A DNA stretch of 64,000 nucleotides from a bacterium (GTDB lineage Bacteria > Auribacterota > UBA3054): the NCBI GenBank assembly GCA_017963805.1, contig JAGCTE010000035.1, forward strand, positions 11,839 through 75,838, given 5' to 3'. Of the stretch, positions 1-8,864 are shown one piece after another. The notes under the pieces were generated by a model that was not told where the DNA came from, searched no databases, and was given only the letters and a program-made list of their open reading frames with translations. Position 1 is the first letter of the stretch. Each line of letters opens with the position of its first letter. The translations under genes were made by a program, and so were the position numbers.

Positions 1-15
1 TTTGTTTTGGTCAAT

Positions 16-765
16 TTAGAACTTGACCAGTTTCTCGAAGGAATCAGCCTTCAGGGCCGCGCCGCCGATAAGGCCGCCGTCAATGTCCGGCTGGGCCAAA
101 AGGGAAGCGACGTTCTCGGGCTTCATAGAACCTCCGTACTGGATGACGACGGCGTCCGCGGTCTCCTTGTCCCAAATCTGGGAGATGAGGTTGCGGACGA
201 AGGCGTGGACGGCCTCGGCCTGCTCGGCCGTGGCGGTCTTGCCGGTGCCGATGGCCCAGACGGGCTCATAGGCAACGATGGTGCCCTTCATTTCCTCGGC
301 GGTAAGGCCGACGAAACCTTCCCTCACCTGCTTTTCGACGACGGCTTCGGTCGCGCCGCTTTCGCGGTCCGCCAAAGTTTCGCCGATGCAGACGATCGGC
401 TTAAGGCCGATAGAGTGGGCTTTCTTGAGTTTCTTGTTGACGGTCTCGTTCGTCTCGCCGAAATACTGGCGGCGTTCGGAGTGGCCGATGATGACGTATT
501 CGGCGCCGGCTTCCTTGAGCATTTCGCCGCTCACTTCGCCGGTGAAGGCGCCGGAGGTTTCCCAGTACATGTCCTGGGCGCCGACTTTGACGTTGGAGCC
601 TTTCAGGATGTCGGCCACCGATTTCACGGCCGTGAAGACGGGGCAGACTATTATTTTGACGTTCTCAACGCCGGCCACTTTCTCTTTGATCTCGCTGGCC
701 AGGGCGACGGCTTCGGCAACCGTCTTGTTCATTTTCCAGTTGCCGGCAATAACGGGTGTTCTCAT
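16..765 (-). CDS. tpiA: triosephosphate isomerase
   Basis: Full-length TIM-barrel sequence with classical motifs (AGNWKMN, IGHSERR, AYEPVWAIGTG, IQYGGS); about 249 aa. Confidence 0.95.
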   Translation of the reverse strand: MRTPVIAGNWKMNKTVAEAVALASEIKEKVAGVENVKIIVCPVFTAVKSVADILKGSNVKVGAQDMYWETSGAFTGEVSGEMLKEAGAEYVIIGHSERRQYFGETNETVNKKLKKAHSIGLKPIVCIGETLADRESGATEAVVEKQVREGFVGLTAEEMKGTIVAYEPVWAIGTGKTATAEQAEAVHAFVRNLISQIWDKETADAVVIQYGGSMKPENVASLLAQPDIDGGLIGGAALKADSFEKLVKF

Positions 766-771
766 TTTTCC

Positions 772-924
772 TTACTGTTCGAATTTGGTTTTGGGCAGGC
801 CGTAAACGGTCTGGCCTTCTTTATAACGATTCTGTTTTCTGAGCAGATCGATGCGCTCAAGACGTTTCAGGACGTTGCGCTTTTTGGTGATGCCGCCGCG
901 CCCGAAGCTGGGATGTCTGGACAT
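772..924 (-). CDS. small basic protein (50 aa), possibly ribosome- or nucleic-acid-associated; unidentified
   Basis: Found by hand and absent from the ORF track. ATG at 924 runs down to TAA at 772-774 and translates to MSRHPSFGRGGITKKRNVLKRLERIDLLRKQNRYKEGQTVYGLPKTKFEQ. It is Lys/Arg-rich, non-hydrophobic, and lies immediately downstream of tpiA, where secG is often found. Confidence 0.45.
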   Translation of the reverse strand: MSRHPSFGRGGITKKRNVLKRLERIDLLRKQNRYKEGQTVYGLPKTKFEQ

Positions 925-957
925 AAGATTATCTCCTTTAATTTATTTTGTTGTTAA

Positions 958-1683
958 TTAAAAATCTTCTATGGGTTGGTTGGTCATGATCTGCAGGACC
1001 TGGTCCTGCTCCATCACGACGCGGTCTTCGATCTCTTTTTCCTCGTTGACAAAGATCCACATCTCGCGTTTGCGGGAGGAGAAGTCGGCGGACTTGCGGA
1101 CGCTCGTCGGCTCGCCCCAGGCGGCCTTCACTTCCTCGGCCTTCATTCCGACCCTAAGCCCCTTGTTTTTCTTGAAGGTCTCGATGTCCTTGACTTCTTC
1201 CGCGTTGTACCACTTGCCGTCGTATTTGACTTTGCCCTGTTTCTTCATCTCGGCGTCGTACTTCAGTTCGGCGACCTGGTTGGTCGGAAGCCATTTGCCC
1301 TGGTAGAGGTCGAGGCCCTTGGCGCGGTTCTCCAATTCCGTCTTGCGTTCGGGAGTCACGAAGATCTCTTTGCCTTCCGGGCTGGTGTATTTCACCAGAC
1401 CGAGCTCCTGCTTCTGCTTTTCGATCTCGGCTTTCCTTTCGGCCAGCTTCGTCTCATAGAGCTCGGGGTTGAGAGCCTTTATGGAAGGCAGGGTCATGTT
1501 GTCCCATTTCAAAAAGACCGTCATGCCTTTGCTCTTGTCTTTCAGCTTGACGCCGTCGTTGTCCATGTCGAGGACCTCGCCGGAATAGGTCTTCTTGTTG
1601 TTCATAGTGATAGTTTCCGCGTAAACGCAAACAGAAGCGGCGATGAGGACCGCCAAAAGACCGAAGAAAAGTTTGTTTTTCAT
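958..1683 (-). CDS. secreted hypothetical protein (signal peptide, Lys/Glu-rich)
   Basis: N-terminal signal peptide MKNKLFFGLLAVLIAASVCVYA. The 241-aa body is charged and has no recognisable catalytic motifs. Confidence 0.55.
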   Translation of the reverse strand: MKNKLFFGLLAVLIAASVCVYAETITMNNKKTYSGEVLDMDNDGVKLKDKSKGMTVFLKWDNMTLPSIKALNPELYETKLAERKAEIEKQKQELGLVKYTSPEGKEIFVTPERKTELENRAKGLDLYQGKWLPTNQVAELKYDAEMKKQGKVKYDGKWYNAEEVKDIETFKKNKGLRVGMKAEEVKAAWGEPTSVRKSADFSSRKREMWIFVNEEKEIEDRVVMEQDQVLQIMTNQPIEDF

Positions 1684-1898
1684 TTGAGAGTCTCCTTCAC
1701 AGTACGTTTTACAATTTCATTATACACTATGTTAGGGATAAATAGTCTACCAAAAGGGCCTTTGGAAGTCAAAACGCCGCCTTCAGGGGGCCTCGGGGAC
1801 AAGACCTTGGGGAAGCCTTGCTCTTTTTCCACTATATATGGTACAATGACACAATAATAATCAAACAAACATTTAACCCTTGTAGGAGAGGATTAATT

Positions 1899-3164
1899 AT
1901 GCGTAAGGTTTACCTTTTAGGCGTCATAGCCGTTTTCTCAGGCATGGCGCTCGGCGCGATATTGGAAAACACCAATATCCAGGTGGAGATCAACGGCGAC
2001 GGAAAGGTCGGTGCTCTGGCCTACAAAGTTGACATCCAGAACAACAATGTCAACGACGCCTCCATGCGCCTGAAATCTTCCGGCACGAACGTTGAGACTC
2101 AGAGAGTGCCCGGTTCCGAGAAAGTTTATCCCAAGAGCCAGCTCTTCGTCGGCTACGGCGCCGGGATCTTCTCGAATCTCTTCATTTTCACCGTGGCCAA
2201 CATCCCCGATGAGAACAACGCCGTCAACCAGGTCAACATCATCACTTCCCGCGAGAGCACCAATCTGAACGTCGCCCACTATGTGGACGCCGACGTTTAC
2301 GGCACCATCGAGAACGACTACGCCGAGCCCTACAACTCCGCCAACTACGTCGTCACGACCCAGGAGACCAAGGACCGCTACGTGGGCTTCACCGGCCGCT
2401 GCTCCTCGCTCGCCCCCGCGAGCTTCATGATCGGCGACATGGAGAAAGTCGCCCTGCAGGTCCAGACTTCCGTTCTGCCCAACACGATCCAGACGAACGA
2501 GTCCCCGAACCTCGCCTCCGCGCTCGCTTACCCGCAGCAGAACGTCGACCGGGAAGCCGTCAGGGTCACCTCGAAACTGATGATCGGCGTCAACAACACC
2601 GAGATCCAGCAGCTGACGAACACCGACAACGCGCCGGTCTATTTCAAGGGCTACGGCACCCTGACCGACCAGAAGGTCAGCTTCAGCCAGAAGTTCAAAA
2701 AGTCCCTGACCGACACCCTCAAGATCTCCTTCAACGTCGACATGACCGACCACGCTTCCGTGATGGCTAATCTCGCCGACTTCGACATCGCTTTCTACGT
2801 CGGAAGCGACCTCTTCTTCCTGCCCGGCGACGGAACGGAAACGAAAGTCAAGAAGAACCAGCGCCTCCACAAAGTCGTCGATCCCAAGGGCGGCGTCAAG
2901 AAGCTTGAGATCAAGACCAAGAAAGACGGCCGCATGAAAGTGACCTTCGCCATCAGCAAAGCCACGATCGGCGGAGCCACCGGTCTGAACGCCCAGTCCG
3001 CCACCGGCAAGGGCCGCCAGATGTTCCTGCCCTTCACCTACGCCATGATCGGCACCTCCGCCACCGACACCGCCAAGAAGGGCAAAGTCTGGATCGCCTC
3101 CGGCAGCTTCCCCATCAGCGTGGACGTCAAGCAGGGCAAGAACGCCAAAGGAAAATTGAAATAA
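1899..3164 (+). CDS. secreted/outer-membrane hypothetical protein
   Basis: ATG at 1899 preceded by an aggagag RBS. Signal peptide MRKVYLLGVIAVFSGMALGA. The 421-aa body is beta-rich and Asn/Thr-rich. A possible extended -10 TGGTACAAT lies at about 1841-1849. Confidence 0.6.
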   Translation: MRKVYLLGVIAVFSGMALGAILENTNIQVEINGDGKVGALAYKVDIQNNNVNDASMRLKSSGTNVETQRVPGSEKVYPKSQLFVGYGAGIFSNLFIFTVANIPDENNAVNQVNIITSRESTNLNVAHYVDADVYGTIENDYAEPYNSANYVVTTQETKDRYVGFTGRCSSLAPASFMIGDMEKVALQVQTSVLPNTIQTNESPNLASALAYPQQNVDREAVRVTSKLMIGVNNTEIQQLTNTDNAPVYFKGYGTLTDQKVSFSQKFKKSLTDTLKISFNVDMTDHASVMANLADFDIAFYVGSDLFFLPGDGTETKVKKNQRLHKVVDPKGGVKKLEIKTKKDGRMKVTFAISKATIGGATGLNAQSATGKGRQMFLPFTYAMIGTSATDTAKKGKVWIASGSFPISVDVKQGKNAKGKLK

Positions 3165-4060
3165 GCAAACTGCCTGAAAACAACTTCGGGCCGCCCATAA
3201 AGTGGTTTGAAGAATATCTGCGCGTTGAGAAAGGTCTGGCGCGCAATACCTGCGAAGCCTACCGAAGCGATTTGGTAGGCTTCGCCGCCTATTGCGAAAG
3301 ACACGGCCTTTCCGACTGGAACGACGTCACGCCCGACACCATCACCGATTACCTGGGCGAACGCTACGAAGAGCGCGTGGCGACGGCCACGGCGGCCAGG
3401 GAACTCATCAGCCTGAGGATGTTCTACCGTTTCGGCGTCGAGGAAAAGCAGCTGAAAACGGACGTCCCGAAACTGGTCGAATCGCCGAAACTGGCGAAAG
3501 TGCTGCCGCACGTCCTGACCGAAGAGGAAGTGTCGCGCCTTCTGGCGGCGCCCGACAAGGAAACGCCAAGCGGACTGCGCGACGCCGCCATGCTCGAACT
3601 GCTCTACGCCACGGGCTTGCGCGTCAGCGAACTGGTGAAGCTGAAAAAAGGCGAGATGGACCTTGAGGAAGGGTATCTTCAGGTCACCGGCAAGGGCAAC
3701 AAGACGAGGATCGTGCCCATAGGCAAGGTCGCCTGCGAGGCGGTGAAAAAATACTTGTCGACGCGCTGCGAGGAGCCGAGGATGAAAGAGGCTTTCCTTA
3801 CGCGCCTAGGGAAGCCCATGACAAGGATAAACTTCTGGATGCGCATCAAAAAGTACGCCCAGGAAGCCGACATCCAAAAAGACATCTCGCCGCACGTTTT
3901 GAGGCACAGCTTCGCCACCCACCTGATCATCCACGGCGCCGACCTTAGGGTGGTGCAGGAGATGCTCGGCCATTCCTCGGTCGTCACTACGGAAAAATAT
4001 ACGCACGTGGAATACAGCCACCTCAAGAAACTGCACAAAAAATTCCATCCCCACGGCTGA
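3155..4060 (+). CDS. xerD: tyrosine site-specific recombinase XerD-like
   Basis: C-terminal catalytic region matches XerD closely (RHSFATHLIIHGADLRVVQEMLGHSSVVTTEKYTHV, LRDAAMLELLYATGLRVSEL). The N-terminal core-binding domain motif IKWFEEYLRVEKGLARNTCEAYRSDL sits upstream of the TTG (3272) used by the ORF track. No ATG/GTG/TTG exists in frame between the upstream stop and that motif. The 5' end is therefore approximate: a non-canonical start (ATT 3155, ATA 3161 or CTG 3170) or a sequencing error. Confidence 0.75.
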   Translation: MEISKLPENNFGPPIKWFEEYLRVEKGLARNTCEAYRSDLVGFAAYCERHGLSDWNDVTPDTITDYLGERYEERVATATAARELISLRMFYRFGVEEKQLKTDVPKLVESPKLAKVLPHVLTEEEVSRLLAAPDKETPSGLRDAAMLELLYATGLRVSELVKLKKGEMDLEEGYLQVTGKGNKTRIVPIGKVACEAVKKYLSTRCEEPRMKEAFLTRLGKPMTRINFWMRIKKYAQEADIQKDISPHVLRHSFATHLIIHGADLRVVQEMLGHSSVVTTEKYTHVEYSHLKKLHKKFHPHG

Positions 4061-4089
4061 TCTGCCCTTAGGCCCCGCTTCGCCCTTTG

Positions 4090-4101
4090 TTTTGCTATAA
4101 T
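4090..4101 (+). promoter_or_regulatory. putative extended -10 promoter element TTTTGCTATAAT upstream of the glycosyltransferase operon
   Basis: TGcTATAAT in an AT-rich intergenic region about 30 nt upstream of ATG 4132. The same 12-mer recurs at 19249 and 58403. Confidence 0.35.
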
Positions 4102-4131
4102 AAATAAATACTGATTTATTATTATGGCGAT

Positions 4132-7100
4132 TTGAAAATGCGAAAAGTTTCTATCATTATATTGACGTGGAACGGGCTAGGCTACACCAAGCGCTGCCTT
4201 GACACCCTTAGGCGCTACACCGTTCATCCTAATTACACGATCTACGTGTCCGACAACGGCAGCACGGACGGCACTGTCGAGTACCTGAAGAGCCAGAAGG
4301 ATATAAAGTGCGTTTTCAACAATGCCAATTTGGGCTTTCCCAAGGGCAACAACGTCGCCATAAAGTTGACTCCTCCCGATTCCGACATCCTCCTTCTCAA
4401 CAACGACACCGAGATATTGGAAGAGAAAGGGGATTGGCTTACCAAGATGCAGGAAGCGGCCTACGAATCGCCTGAAGTAGGCGTGGTCGGCTGCCGCCTT
4501 GTGAGAGCCAACGGGCTTTTGCAGCACCTGGGGGCCTGGATGCCCGTCGGGCCCTACTGGGGACAGCAGGTGGCGTCCAACGAGGCGAACCTCAACCAGT
4601 ATCCCTTCAATTCCGAAGTTGAGAGCGTCGTCTTCGCCTGCGCTTACATCAAAAGGGAAGTCATAGACAAGGTGGGCCTGCTTTGCGAGGACTTCTTCGC
4701 TTACTTCGAGGACACGGATTACTGTCTGAGGGCCAAAGCCGCCGGCTACAAGACCGTTTGTTGCGGCGCGGCCACCGTAGTCCACCACGAGAACGTCTCC
4801 ACCAAGGAGAACAAGGTCAGCCACAACGATATTTTCCTTAAGTCGCAGGGGATCTTCAAGAAAAAATGGGCCAAGACCTGCGAAGGACGCTACAATCAGA
4901 GCGTCAACTGGCTCTCCACCGTCTCCAGGCCGCACGGCTACGCCATGAGTTCAAAAGAGATGCTATTGCACCTGGACGCCCAGAACGTGGCGGTCTCTTA
5001 CCGCTACCTCTACGGCGCCGGCACGGTATTTCCCCTGGAAGAACCAGAAATGTCGCCCTATTACAACGTCAACGTCATGAAGGCCAGGGCCATTGATCCC
5101 AAGGCTCCCTGCGTGGTCTACGGCCAGGGCGACGCTTTCGTCACGAAGAAGACTGAGGGCATCGGCAATTACAGAATCGGCTACACCATGCTGGAAGTGA
5201 CGGGGCTCCCCAAGGAATGGGTGGAGCACTGCAACAAGATGGACGAAGTCTGGGTGCCGAGCCTCTTCAACCTTGAGACCTTCAAAAATTCCGGCGTGAA
5301 GGTTCCCATCCATCTCATGCCGCTGGGCGTCGACACCAATTACTTCAACCCGCTCATCAAGAAATTCCCGGTGAGCGGCGACTTCAAATTCCTGACGGTC
5401 TTCGAGTGGGGCGAGCGCAAGGCCCCGGAAGACCTCATCAAAGCTTTCAACCGCACCTTCAGGGCCAAGGAGCCGGTCGTTCTGCTGTGCAAAGCGAACT
5501 GCACCGACCCGAGCGTCAACGTTCCCGAGATCATAAGGGGCTTGAACCTCGACCCCGAGGGCGGCAGGATAGAGTTCATCTTCAACAAATATCTGCCTTA
5601 TTACCAGCTCGGAAGTCTCTACCGCTCCGCCGACTGTTTCGTTTTGTCGACCAGGGGAGAAGGCTGGGGCATGCCCATTCTGGAAGCCATGGCCTGCGGA
5701 CTGCCAGTCATCGCCACCAACTGGAGCGCCCAGACGACCTTCATGAACAGCTACAACGCTTATCCTCTGCAGGTCAAAAAGCTCATACCCGCCGTGGCGA
5801 AATGCCCCTACTACAAGGGATTCCAGTGGGCCGAACCGGACAGCGAGCATTTGTCCGCCCTGATGCGCCATGTCTTCGAGAACCAGGAAGAGGCGCGCAT
5901 GAAAGGCCTAAGGGCGGCCGAAGACGTAAAGAACAACTGGACCTTCACGCACACCGCCGCGAGGATCGCCAAGCGGCTTTCCGAGATACAAAAGAAAGAT
6001 TTGAGCTTCCCGGCCTACGTTCCTTATCCCGCCAAGAAGAGAGTGGCCCTCGACGTCAGCCGCGGGATAGGCGAGCAGATAACCGGCATCGGGCGCCACA
6101 TCCTCAATCTGGCGAGAGGACTGGGCGAATTTCCGCCCGAGGACATGGAGTTCACGCTGCTTCCCGGCTTCACTAGTTTCACGCATCCCGAGTATCTGAA
6201 GCGCTTCGACTTCATTTGCCCGGACTCCGGGAACCTCAACCTTTGGCGCGGCGTGACGCCGGCTTTCGTATCCAAGGATTCCACGGTTCCGGGAACAGAC
6301 CTCGTCCACTCCACCGGCTGGACCACGCCTGAATTCGAGGGCCCCATCCTTTCCACGATCTACGATCTTTCCTTTTTGACGCACCCTCATTTTCACACGA
6401 AGGAGACGATCGAGTTCTGCACGAAGAACATCAGGGAATCCATCAAGAAAGGCGCTTTCTTCACCTGCATCTCCGAGCATACCAGGCGCGACCTGATGGA
6501 AATTTTGAAAGTGCCCGCGGAGCGTTGCGGCGTCAACTACTGCTCTTATGACGAAAGGAAATTCAAGAAGGCAAGCGCCGATCTTATCGCGGGCGTCAGG
6601 AAAAAATATCAACTTCCGGAACGCTTCGCGCTCTTTTTGGCCAGCATGGAGCCGAGAAAAAATCTGGCAAGCGTGGTGGAGGCCTGGCTTGGCGAAAAGA
6701 TAGAGCTTCCGCTTATCGTGGCCGGCGCCCAGGGCTGGCTCAACGACAAGCTGAAAGAAAGGATAGAGAGCTCCAAAGGCCGCATCGCGCCCATAGGCTA
6801 CGTTGACGAAAACGACCTGGCGCCTCTTTACAGCGCCGCGCGTCTTCTGGTCTATCCTTCCATTTACGAAGGCTTCGGACTGCCTGTTCTGGAGGCCATG
6901 GCCTGCGGGACGCCCAGCGTTACGACCAACGTCGCTTCGCTTCCGGAAGTGGCGGGCGGCGCCGCGCTTCTAATAGACGATCCCAAGGACGTCGCTTCTC
7001 TCGCCAACGCCGTGAGAAAACTCGATGAAGACGAAGGCCTAAGGAAGGCTTTGATCGCCGCCGCGCCTGGTCAGGTCGCGAAATTCTCATTGAAGAAGAC

Positions 7101-7158
7101 CACATCAGAAGCGGCGGAACAGTACCGCGCCATACTTGAAAAAGGGAGGTTGTTTTAA
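4132..7158 (+). CDS. multidomain glycosyltransferase (N-terminal GT2-like, two C-terminal GT4/group-1 domains)
   Basis: N-terminal segment VSIIILTWNGLGYTKRCLDTLRRY...YVSDNGSTDGT with an FEDTDYCLRA DxD-like motif (GT2 fold). Two E-x7-E type GT4 motifs: EGWGMPILEAMACGLPVIATNWSA and EGFGLPVLEAMACGTPSVTTNVASLPEVAGG. The stop overlaps the next start (TAATG). Confidence 0.85.
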   Translation: MKMRKVSIIILTWNGLGYTKRCLDTLRRYTVHPNYTIYVSDNGSTDGTVEYLKSQKDIKCVFNNANLGFPKGNNVAIKLTPPDSDILLLNNDTEILEEKGDWLTKMQEAAYESPEVGVVGCRLVRANGLLQHLGAWMPVGPYWGQQVASNEANLNQYPFNSEVESVVFACAYIKREVIDKVGLLCEDFFAYFEDTDYCLRAKAAGYKTVCCGAATVVHHENVSTKENKVSHNDIFLKSQGIFKKKWAKTCEGRYNQSVNWLSTVSRPHGYAMSSKEMLLHLDAQNVAVSYRYLYGAGTVFPLEEPEMSPYYNVNVMKARAIDPKAPCVVYGQGDAFVTKKTEGIGNYRIGYTMLEVTGLPKEWVEHCNKMDEVWVPSLFNLETFKNSGVKVPIHLMPLGVDTNYFNPLIKKFPVSGDFKFLTVFEWGERKAPEDLIKAFNRTFRAKEPVVLLCKANCTDPSVNVPEIIRGLNLDPEGGRIEFIFNKYLPYYQLGSLYRSADCFVLSTRGEGWGMPILEAMACGLPVIATNWSAQTTFMNSYNAYPLQVKKLIPAVAKCPYYKGFQWAEPDSEHLSALMRHVFENQEEARMKGLRAAEDVKNNWTFTHTAARIAKRLSEIQKKDLSFPAYVPYPAKKRVALDVSRGIGEQITGIGRHILNLARGLGEFPPEDMEFTLLPGFTSFTHPEYLKRFDFICPDSGNLNLWRGVTPAFVSKDSTVPGTDLVHSTGWTTPEFEGPILSTIYDLSFLTHPHFHTKETIEFCTKNIRESIKKGAFFTCISEHTRRDLMEILKVPAERCGVNYCSYDERKFKKASADLIAGVRKKYQLPERFALFLASMEPRKNLASVVEAWLGEKIELPLIVAGAQGWLNDKLKERIESSKGRIAPIGYVDENDLAPLYSAARLLVYPSIYEGFGLPVLEAMACGTPSVTTNVASLPEVAGGAALLIDDPKDVASLANAVRKLDEDEGLRKALIAAAPGQVAKFSLKKTTSEAAEQYRAILEKGRLF

Positions 7159-8864
7159 TGCCAGAATACAAAGATTTCGACATGCGCGTTGAAGAGATGG
7201 AAACGGAGCAGCTTTTGCGCCGCGTGAAATTCCATCTGGAAAACCCCGACGCGCAGACGATCCGGCCTTCTAAGGAGACGCCCAAGGCCCAAGACTTCGA
7301 CAATCTCCATCTCGGCAACGAGATGTATTTCCAGCTCGACTACGCCGCCAAGATCTACGATCCGAGGACGGTCCCCCAGAACACCAGGTTCCGCCGCATA
7401 AAGGGCCTCCTCATGCGCGTCATGCGCCTTTACGCCACGCGCCAAGTGGAATTCAACGCCACGGTCGTCAAGCTTCTCAATATGTTCCAGGACCGCTTCG
7501 AGGAAACGGTCGAGCGCTTCAATTATTTCAGAAGCGCGGAAGTGAGGAACGAGGAAGCCCTGAGGGTCATCGACTCCAGGCTTGAAAAACTCGAGGAATG
7601 GGGCGCAAAGATAAACGATATCGCCAGCGGCGTCGCGGCGGTCCAGGACCGTCTGCAGGGTTTGGAGAACGCGGTCCGCGCCCTGGCTGATTCCGGCGAG
7701 GCCGCGGCAAAAAGATTGGCGGCCGCCGACGAGGGTGTAAAGGCTGTTGCGAAGCGCCTTGATTCCGCCGACGAGAGTATCAAGGCGATCGGCAAGACCA
7801 ACGAAGAGACCGCCAAGAGACTGGCGGCCGCTGACGAGGGTGTAAAGGCTGTTGCGAAGCGCCTTGATTCCGCCGACGAGAGTATCAAGGCTCTCGGCCA
7901 GACCAACGAGGAAACGGCCAAGAGACTGGCGGCCGCGGACGAGGGCATCAAAAATTTGGGATCCGTCAGCGAACAGGCGGCCGCGCGCCTCTTTTCCATC
8001 GAGGCCGGTTTCAAGGAGCTGCACGGGCTCGTGGACGACCTGCAGCTTAGGAACGCGGCCATTGGCGGCGTCTTCTCCGAACTGAAGGAGAAACTCGCCA
8101 GCGGAAACTTCACCGTGACCGCGGGCGGAAAGAAGGAAGCCGCGCCCAGCGTGATCGACGATTTCGAGAAAGCCTGGCAAAGCGCCGATTACGAGCTCTT
8201 CGAAGACGAGAGCAGGGGAGATGTCGCGGACATCAGGGAACGCCTGGGATTTTACGTTCCTATGCTTGAAAAGGCCGCCCTTGGCGGAGGGATCGTCGCC
8301 GACCTTGGCTGCGGCCGCGGCGAATTGCTTGAGCTTCTGAAGGAGAAGGGAGTGGCGGCCCTCGGCATCGACAACAACGAAGCCGCGGTCATAAGGGGCA
8401 AAAAGGCCGGCCTTGATATGGAATGCAAAGACCTCTTCTCTTACCTTAGGGAAGCGAAAGAGGGAAGTTTGGCGGCCGTCACCGCCATGCACGTGATAGA
8501 GCACATGACTCCTTCCGAGCAGGGTGAATTCCTCGCCCTGTCGCTCAAGGCCCTAAAGCCCGGCGGCCTCATCGCCATGGAAACTCCCAACATCATGAAT
8601 CTGCACGTGGCCTCCTGCGACTTCTACAGCGACATAACGCACGTCAGGCCCGTCCATCCGGTCGCTTTAAGGAACCGCATGAAGCAGATGGGCTACAAGG
8701 ATATCGACATCAAGTTCCTCCATCCCTTCCCGGAAAGCGAACAGCTTATATTGGACGCTCCCGGGCTGAGCGGGGATGCGAAAAAGAATTTTGAAAAGAT
8801 AAACGATCTAATCTGGGGATGCCGCGACTGCGTCATCCTCGCAACCAAAAAGGAAAAAATATGA
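7158..8864 (+). CDS. coiled-coil repeat protein fused to a class I SAM-dependent methyltransferase domain
   Basis: N-terminal charged helical region with tandem 35-aa repeats (AKRLAAADEGVKAVAKRLDSADESIKA...). C-terminal MTase motif I DLGCGRGELLELL and a post-I region (LKPGGLIAMETPN). Translationally coupled to the upstream GT (TAATG) and to galE (ATGA). Confidence 0.8.
   Translation: MPEYKDFDMRVEEMETEQLLRRVKFHLENPDAQTIRPSKETPKAQDFDNLHLGNEMYFQLDYAAKIYDPRTVPQNTRFRRIKGLLMRVMRLYATRQVEFNATVVKLLNMFQDRFEETVERFNYFRSAEVRNEEALRVIDSRLEKLEEWGAKINDIASGVAAVQDRLQGLENAVRALADSGEAAAKRLAAADEGVKAVAKRLDSADESIKAIGKTNEETAKRLAAADEGVKAVAKRLDSADESIKALGQTNEETAKRLAAADEGIKNLGSVSEQAAARLFSIEAGFKELHGLVDDLQLRNAAIGGVFSELKEKLASGNFTVTAGGKKEAAPSVIDDFEKAWQSADYELFEDESRGDVADIRERLGFYVPMLEKAALGGGIVADLGCGRGELLELLKEKGVAALGIDNNEAAVIRGKKAGLDMECKDLFSYLREAKEGSLAAVTAMHVIEHMTPSEQGEFLALSLKALKPGGLIAMETPNIMNLHVASCDFYSDITHVRPVHPVALRNRMKQMGYKDIDIKFLHPFPESEQLILDAPGLSGDAKKNFEKINDLIWGCRDCVILATKKEKI
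7710..7960 (+). repeat. in-frame tandem repeat, period 105 bp, about 2.4 copies, inside the methyltransferase gene
   Basis: Near-identical units begin at about 7710, 7815 and 7920 (aagagactggcggccgc(c/t/g)gacgagggtgtaaaggctgttgcgaagcgccttgattccgccgacgagagtatcaaggc...). Confidence 0.85.

Noticed and set aside
7-957. Long + strand ORF (316 aa) overlapping tpiA. Similar long antisense ORFs occur at 976..1857, 1938..2870, 4177..4935, 4963..5871, 7155..8504, 8693..9553, 12521..13357, 17293..18330, 23920..25122, 27811..29253, 34920..36911, 39210..40640, 43458..44789, 45415..46395 and 57255..58226.
   Set aside because: All lie antisense to, or out of frame within, genes with strong homology-based identities. 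Their translations are low-complexity and Gly/Ala/Arg/Val-rich, typical of GC-rich antisense frames. They have no RBS and no recognisable domain.
3038-3511. 157-aa minus-strand ORF overlapping the 5' end of the xerD-like gene as an alternative gene.
   Set aside because: It overlaps the conserved XerD N-terminal domain on the opposite strand and has no homology signal, so it is a GC-frame artefact.
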